The translations under genes were made by a program, and so were the position numbers. A DNA stretch of 64,000 nucleotides from Octopus vulgaris (taxonomy: Eukaryota), in the NCBI GenBank assembly GCA_951406725.2, contig OX597826.1:48856001-48920000 (forward strand), written 5' to 3'. Positions 58,212 to 64,000 of this stretch are shown one piece after another. Positions within the stretch are counted from its first letter, which is position 1. Every line of letters begins with the position of its first letter. The notes under the pieces are model-generated. The model searched no databases. It saw nothing but the letters and a program-made list of their open reading frames with translations, and had not been told where the DNA came from.

Positions 58212-58720
58212 ACATGTGTGTGTGTGTGTGTGTTGCTGAGACCCTCTTCAGTCATGACTGACCGTGGGATTGCACCTAGAAAGTTACTCTCCCAGGCACA
58301 AGTCCAGGCAAGGTTGTTTATGGAAGTCCAGCAGTTGCCCATGCATACCAGCCTCCCCTCTCCATGCCACCAGTGTTATCCAAGGGAAAGGCAAAGGCCG
58401 ATACAGCTTGGCACCTGAGATGTCGCAACTTATTTCTACAGCTGAGTGAACTGGAGCAACATGAAATAAAGTGTCTTGCTTAAGAACACAACACACAGCC
58501 CGGTCCGGGATTCAAACTCACAACCTCACAAGCGTAAGCTCAGCGCTCTAACCACTGAGCCATTGGATTTTTTTAGTTACCATTTACAAAATCCCCTCAC
58601 AAGATTTTAGTCAGCTCAAGCCTATAATAGGGGACATTTGCCCAAGGTGCCATACAGTAGAACTGAACCCAGAACCATGTGGTTGGGAAGCAAACTACTT
58701 ACCAGACAGCCATGCCTGCA
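57962..58720 (-). mobile_element. CORE-like SINE interrupted by another tRNA SINE (58237-58563)
   Basis: Family motifs on both sides of the insert. Confidence 0.8.
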
Positions 58721-58851
58721 CCTAAGCCAACCTTTCATTCTAAGTGTATGTAGGAATACATGTTTAAATGCTTTCTTATGTATCTTTTCTTTTTTTTCTT
58801 TTTTTTTTGAAGATTACTAGGATATAACTTGAAGAATATTTGGCTGCTTAA

Positions 58852-59265
58852 GAATGGCAAGCTGGCATCGTTAGCACACTGGGCAAAATGCTTAGCAGTA
58901 TATCCTCTGCTGCTACATTCTGAGTTCAAATCCCACCGAGGTCGATTTTACCTTTCATCTTTTCGGGGTCGATTAAATAAGTACCAGTTACGCACTGGGG
59001 TCGATATAATTGATTTAATCCGTTTGTTTGTCCTTGTTGGTCCCCTCTGTGTTTAGCCCCTTGTGGGTAGTAAAGAAATAGGTATTTCCTCTGCCATTAC
59101 ATTCCGAGTTCAAGTTCTGCTGAGTCAGCTTGGCCTTTTATTTTTTGGGGGTCGATTAAATAAGTACCAGTTATGCACTGGGGTTGATGTAATCAACTTA
59201 ATCCCTTTGTCTGTCCTTGTTTGTCCCCTCTATGTTTAGACCCTTGTGGGCGATAATGAAATAAA
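58852..59265 (+). mobile_element. Head-to-tail Meta-type SINE dimer
   Basis: Two units ending agccccttgtggg..aaagaaata. Confidence 0.85.
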
Positions 59266-59827
59266 TATTTGGCTGCTATTTCTAACCAGGTCAAGCAACT
59301 GCATTGGAGGGCTCCCTCGAGTGTGATGTGAAGCATCGACATCATGTTGTGATGCAATTGCAAAACAGGGAACAGGGGGTAGTTCACACTGACCTAAGGA
59401 AGTGACTAAGCAAAAGACACTTTAGAGTGAATCCGTCCCTCAGATAGACAGAACACGTCTGACCTCTACCGATGTGGAACAATGGATATAAACATGAGAC
59501 TGACAATGTTGATAATGATATCACTAATGTTGTTGTTGTTATTGTTGATGTTTTTGTTGTTGTTTTTATTCTAGTTTTGTGGTTTCTGTCTGAATGTTGC
59601 GATATACAGAAATAAAATAAAATTAAAAAAATTTTGCAAAATCCTACAACAAAATTAATATGCTTTCAAAAGTCAGTTTGATTTTAGCACTAAACAATTG
59701 TCTGTCTGTCTGTCTCTCTCTCTCACTCTCTCACTCTCTCTCTCTCTTCCTCTCTTTCACCTTGTCTCTGTCTTTCTCAGCCCCTTTCTTTGTCTTTCAC
59801 TTATCTGTTTGTCTGTTTGTGTACGTT

Positions 59828-59868
<41 letters not shown>

Positions 59869-60934
59869 CATTATTATTATTGTATTTTTGGGGGGTTTTA
59901 ATCTTGGTTGATTTCAACACTGATCAAAAATTCCTTATGGCAAGTTGTGCAATAAAACTGGTGCAGCACCAGAATACTTGTAAACTGCAACTTGTCTTGC
60001 ACACATGAAATGTGAAATCAACGATGGAATCCGCATTTACCGAAATGAACATTCCATTTGCATGTGAGTAAGTCAGGCATGTAATTAATGGCGAAAATTC
60101 TAGAAGAAAACTTCGGCAAGACCAGGAGAGGAAGAATGTAAAGAGTGAAGGAGACTGAAGCGATGTGATGGGAGGGAGACAGTAGGGAGCGGAGATGAAA
60201 AAAGGGAGTAAGGAAGATCAGGGAAGGGAGCGGCACAGGGGGAGATGGGAGGCTGTTGACTTGCTTTTGACTAAGGAATGACTAATGAATTGAATTCTTG
60301 GAAGAGTTTGGATATTAATAATTGTAATGAGGTTATCCAAGTTGGGACCGCAAGTCTTTTATTCCTGTTGCATGTGTCTGCTGTTATGCACATGTAACAA
60401 ACAAGTTGCAGTTGCAAACTTGCAGGATGTCGATGCCAACCCCGGTAGAGGAGGAATGTAATGAACAGATGGAAGCAGCTTTATTCCTCCTGCCCAAACC
60501 CAAACCCGAACCCACCCTGACACCCCCTTCCACCAACAATAACCCTCGCCATCCTCTTTTAATCATGATTGCCAAGAAATTGAGAGGAAATGAATGTTGG
60601 CCAGTGGCGCCCTCTTAGCAAAGATGAAATTAAGAATTTTCTCCACTCTACTCCGCCAGTGGAAATATCCCTTAATATGCACAACTGTGCCTTACGCTTA
60701 ATTAGGTCTTTTCTCCGAGATTTAGTTATCATTATTGCTTTTGTTGTCTTTATTATTATTGTTGTTATTGCTGTTGTTGTTGTCGTTACAGTTGCCTTGT
60801 TGCTATTGTTATTGTTGTTGGTGTTATTACTATTATTATTATTATTATTATCATTGTTATTATTATTATTATTTGTGTTGTTGTTGTAGTCTTTGTTCTT
60901 AGTACTATTATTGTTGTTGCTGTTATTGTTGTTG

Positions 60935-60965
<31 letters not shown>

Positions 60966-61439
60966 GTTTTTGGTGTTCTTGTTATAATTGCAGTCATTAT
61001 TAAGAATGTTATAATTGTATTTTTTTATTTGGTATTGTGTTGTTTTGCATTGTTTTTATTGCCATTGTTGTTGCTATTGTTGTTGTTATTGTTCTTCCTG
61101 TTGTTATTGATTTTGTTATCGTTGTTGTCATGTCTGTTGTTGGTGTTGTTGTTGTTATTGTTGTTGATATTGTTGATGCTGTTGTTATTGTTGATATTGA
61201 TGCTGTTGTTTTCTAATTGCTGTTGTTGTACTGCCGAGGTTGACTTTGCTTTCACGCCACCATATTCAATAAATTTAAATACCAGTAATTTACCTGGATG
61301 AGTCAATCAACAAGGGCCCGTACCTTAACCCCTACTATGACTCCTACCTAACCCACCACCATCACCAGCACCACCACTTCCCCCAGGGTAATGAATTCAT
61401 TAAAGTGATCCTGGTTATTAAACTATCATTACTTACAAT

Positions 61440-61742
61440 CATCATCATGCTTTCCATGCTAGCATGGGTTGGACGGTTCGACCAGGGTCTGGGAAGCCAG
61501 GAGGCTTCACCAGGCTCCTGTCTGATCTGGCAGTGCTTCTACAGCTGGATACCTTTCCTAACGCCAACCACTCGTTGAGTGTAGTGGGTGCTTTTTACGT
61601 GCCACCAGCACGGGCCAGAGGAGGCTGGCAACGACCACGATCAGTTGGTGCTCTTTAGGTGCCACCAGCACGGAAGCCAGTCAAGGCGGCGCTGGCATCA
61701 GCCACTTTCGGATGGTGCTTTTTACATGCCACTGGCATGGGT
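61440..61742 (-). mobile_element. RTE-type 3' end repeat
   Basis: Matches the 30345 and 49755 copies. Confidence 0.8.
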
Positions 61743-62649
61743 ATCACTGTTGTTGCTATTGCTGCTGTCCAGGCCTAAGTGAACCCTGACTGAGCAGACA
61801 TAAAATCGAAGACACCCCATCCACGACCAACTAGTCTTTCACTCAAACATCACACATCTAGAGCAACATTATCTATAGGATCCAATCTATCCTTCCATAC
61901 TCAAAACAACAGTATGTACTTTAGGGAAGATTTGGTTGCTATTTCTAGCTCTTAACGCTTCATGTTGAGACTCCCTTGTTCTTTGAACTGAGGTGGAGGA
62001 TCAGGACAGACTTGGTAGAGAACAGGACTAAATGTCTTGAAGCGTTTAATTAAAGGCCTCTATGTTTTGAGTTTAAAATCTTGCTACAGGTCAAATTTAT
62101 TTTGTAGGGACCAGTAATGAGAGCACTAGTAATACACTACATTCATTTTAGTCAGCTGTGACCCCTCCATATACACAAAAGTAACTGACCATATGCCAAT
62201 CTTCATCATCATCATCATCATCACAACCACCACCACCACCACCATCCTCATCATCATCACCATCACCATCATCGTCGTCATCATCATCATCACCCCCATC
62301 CCCACCATCATCATCGTCATCATCACCCCCACGCCACCCCCACCATCACCATCATCATCATCATCATTTAACATCCATTTCCCATGCCAGCATGAGTTAA
62401 ACAGTTTAATAGGATTTGGTGATTTACAGGATTGTGTGAAGCCCCAGTGTAATCTTTGGAACAATTCCTCCAGCGGAATGCCCTTAATCCAGTTTAAGTA
62501 TAACATTAACAGTGCCACTCTCCCCACTTTTGGAAAGTGACTTCAAAGACATTGCTTCTTCCTCCAGATGCAACTAAAAAAAAAAAAGTGAGAAAATATA
62601 CACTGTTCCAGCATGGTCTCCTACACAGTGGTTTAAATAAATTATAGAA

Positions 62650-62850
62650 GGCATAGGAGTGGCTGTGTGGTAAGTAGCTTGCTTACAAACCACATGGTTC
62701 TGGGTTCATTCCCACTGCATGGCACCTTGGACAAGTGTCTTCTACTATAGCCTCAGGCCGACCAAAGCCTTGTGAGTGGATCTGGTGGATGTCTTCTACT
62801 ATAGTAGACGGAAACTGAAAGAAGCCTGTCGTATATATGTATATATATAT
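62650..62850 (+). mobile_element. CORE-like SINE, 5' half
   Basis: ggcataggagtggctgtgtggtaagtagc. Confidence 0.9.
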
Positions 62851-62855
62851 ATATA

Positions 62856-63091
62856 TTGGTAAAAACGGTAAGATAACAAAAGAAAGAAAGATACCTTAAT
62901 ATTATGTAAATAGAGGAAATTTATCTGTAAAATAATATGTGACAATTATTCAATAGCCAAGATAAAAGACCATCTCTTCGGTTATGAGGCCAGATAACCG
63001 AAGAGATGGTGTTGTGGATTTCCACTTCGGCATCCGAAACTCAGAGTTTTATCTTGGCTATTGAATAATTGTCACATATTATTTTACAGAT
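62856..63091. mobile_element. Fold-back pLTR-like element in (TA)n
   Basis: Arms at 62923-62985 and 62994-63091. Confidence 0.8.
62992..63054 (+). ncRNA. Type-I hammerhead motif, CCGAAGA (U4C) core
   Basis: agataa-CCGAAGA-gatg[..]catc-c-GAAA-ctcagag-T-T-ttatct. Confidence 0.7.
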
Positions 63092-63238
63092 ATATATATA
63101 TATATATATATATATGTAAAAAAATACAAACTGGGACAAGAACGCAAAACATTTAAAAGACGATACAAAAACACAGACGGGACATTCAAAGCCTTCAATC
63201 TTCAGTCAAGAACCGGATCATCCTTGCAATTTCGGCTG

Positions 63239-63290
<52 letters not shown>

Positions 63291-63904
63291 GTGCCAAGAT
63301 TTTAAACCAATTTTGTACATAGGTGCTTTTTGAGTTTCACAAAATTAGTTTAATAACTTTTTGTGGTAAGTGTTTGTAGATATTCTTTTATTCTTTTATT
63401 TGTTTCAATCATTTGACTGTGGCCATGCTGGAGCACCGCTTTGAAATATGCTCATGTTTATGAAGTTAAATGTGCGCAAGTAGATACGGAACAAAAGTAA
63501 AGAAGAAAAAGCCAGAGAATTCATACGAATTTAAAATGATTGAACTTAACAATTGGTATGCAATTTTTGTTTAGTTAATGTGTTACTCATGATTTATGGC
63601 AACTAATTCTACTCTGTTAACACAAAACAAAGAACTGAAGATTATCTAAGAAGGTGAAAGAGAATGTTAAGTGAAACAGCTGGTGCATGGTTGCTGTGAA
63701 GGCAAAATAAGAAGAGAGATTGAAAACAGTTTGACTTCTTGTTAAAGGCCTTTTTTCCAGCTTTATGTTCTTAGTTCAATGACTTTCCCATTCATCCTTT
63801 CCAGGTCAATAAAATAAGAAACCACTTGATCATTGAGGTCAGTGTAATTTTAAAATTGCTGATCTTGCACTAAAAATTAGAAAGACTTTTGTTGAGCAAA
63901 ACTT

Positions 63905-64000
63905 TAAGAAGTAAGTAACTAGCTTACGAACCACATGGTTCTGGGTTCAGTCCCATTGCGTGGCACTTTAGGCAAGTGTCTTCTACTATAGCCTCGGGCC
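63905..64000 (+). mobile_element. CORE-like SINE 5' part, cut by the window edge
   Basis: ccacatggttctgggttcagtccc..ggcaagtgtcttctac. Confidence 0.85.

Noticed and set aside
60120-60260. Possible PLE RT remnant (LPYS..FHLRSL) on minus
   Set aside because: Too short and pyrimidine-biased to distinguish from chance.

Overview
This is AT-rich eukaryotic genomic DNA saturated with microsatellites ((TTA)n, (CAT)n, (TA)n, (CA)n, (TCTA)n) and interspersed repeats. The repeat families look like those of an octopus or other coleoid cephalopod (inference from recognition, not a database search). No intact host gene is supportable, and almost all listed ORFs are simple-repeat artefacts. Recognisable coding DNA is decayed transposon: several R4/Dong-type (RT+RLE) LINE fragments stacked in (TAA)n tracts, RTE and Penelope RT remnants, a DD34D mariner, a DD37D maT element and gag/ORF1-like remnants. 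Non-coding repeats include three or four tRNA-SINE families, a Helentron-type HINE and a ~555-bp non-coding (TAA)n-embedded retroelement. The most striking signal is a set of about nine minimal type-I hammerhead-ribozyme-like motifs in short, often fold-back, Penelope-pLTR-like elements. Their core positions 3 and 8 covary across unrelated families (C3-G8, G3-C8, U3-A8). A ~5-kb TE-free island at 13.1-18.4 kb with a GC-box/CpG patch may be a host promoter or 5'UTR. Coordinates were counted by eye and may be off by a few bases.
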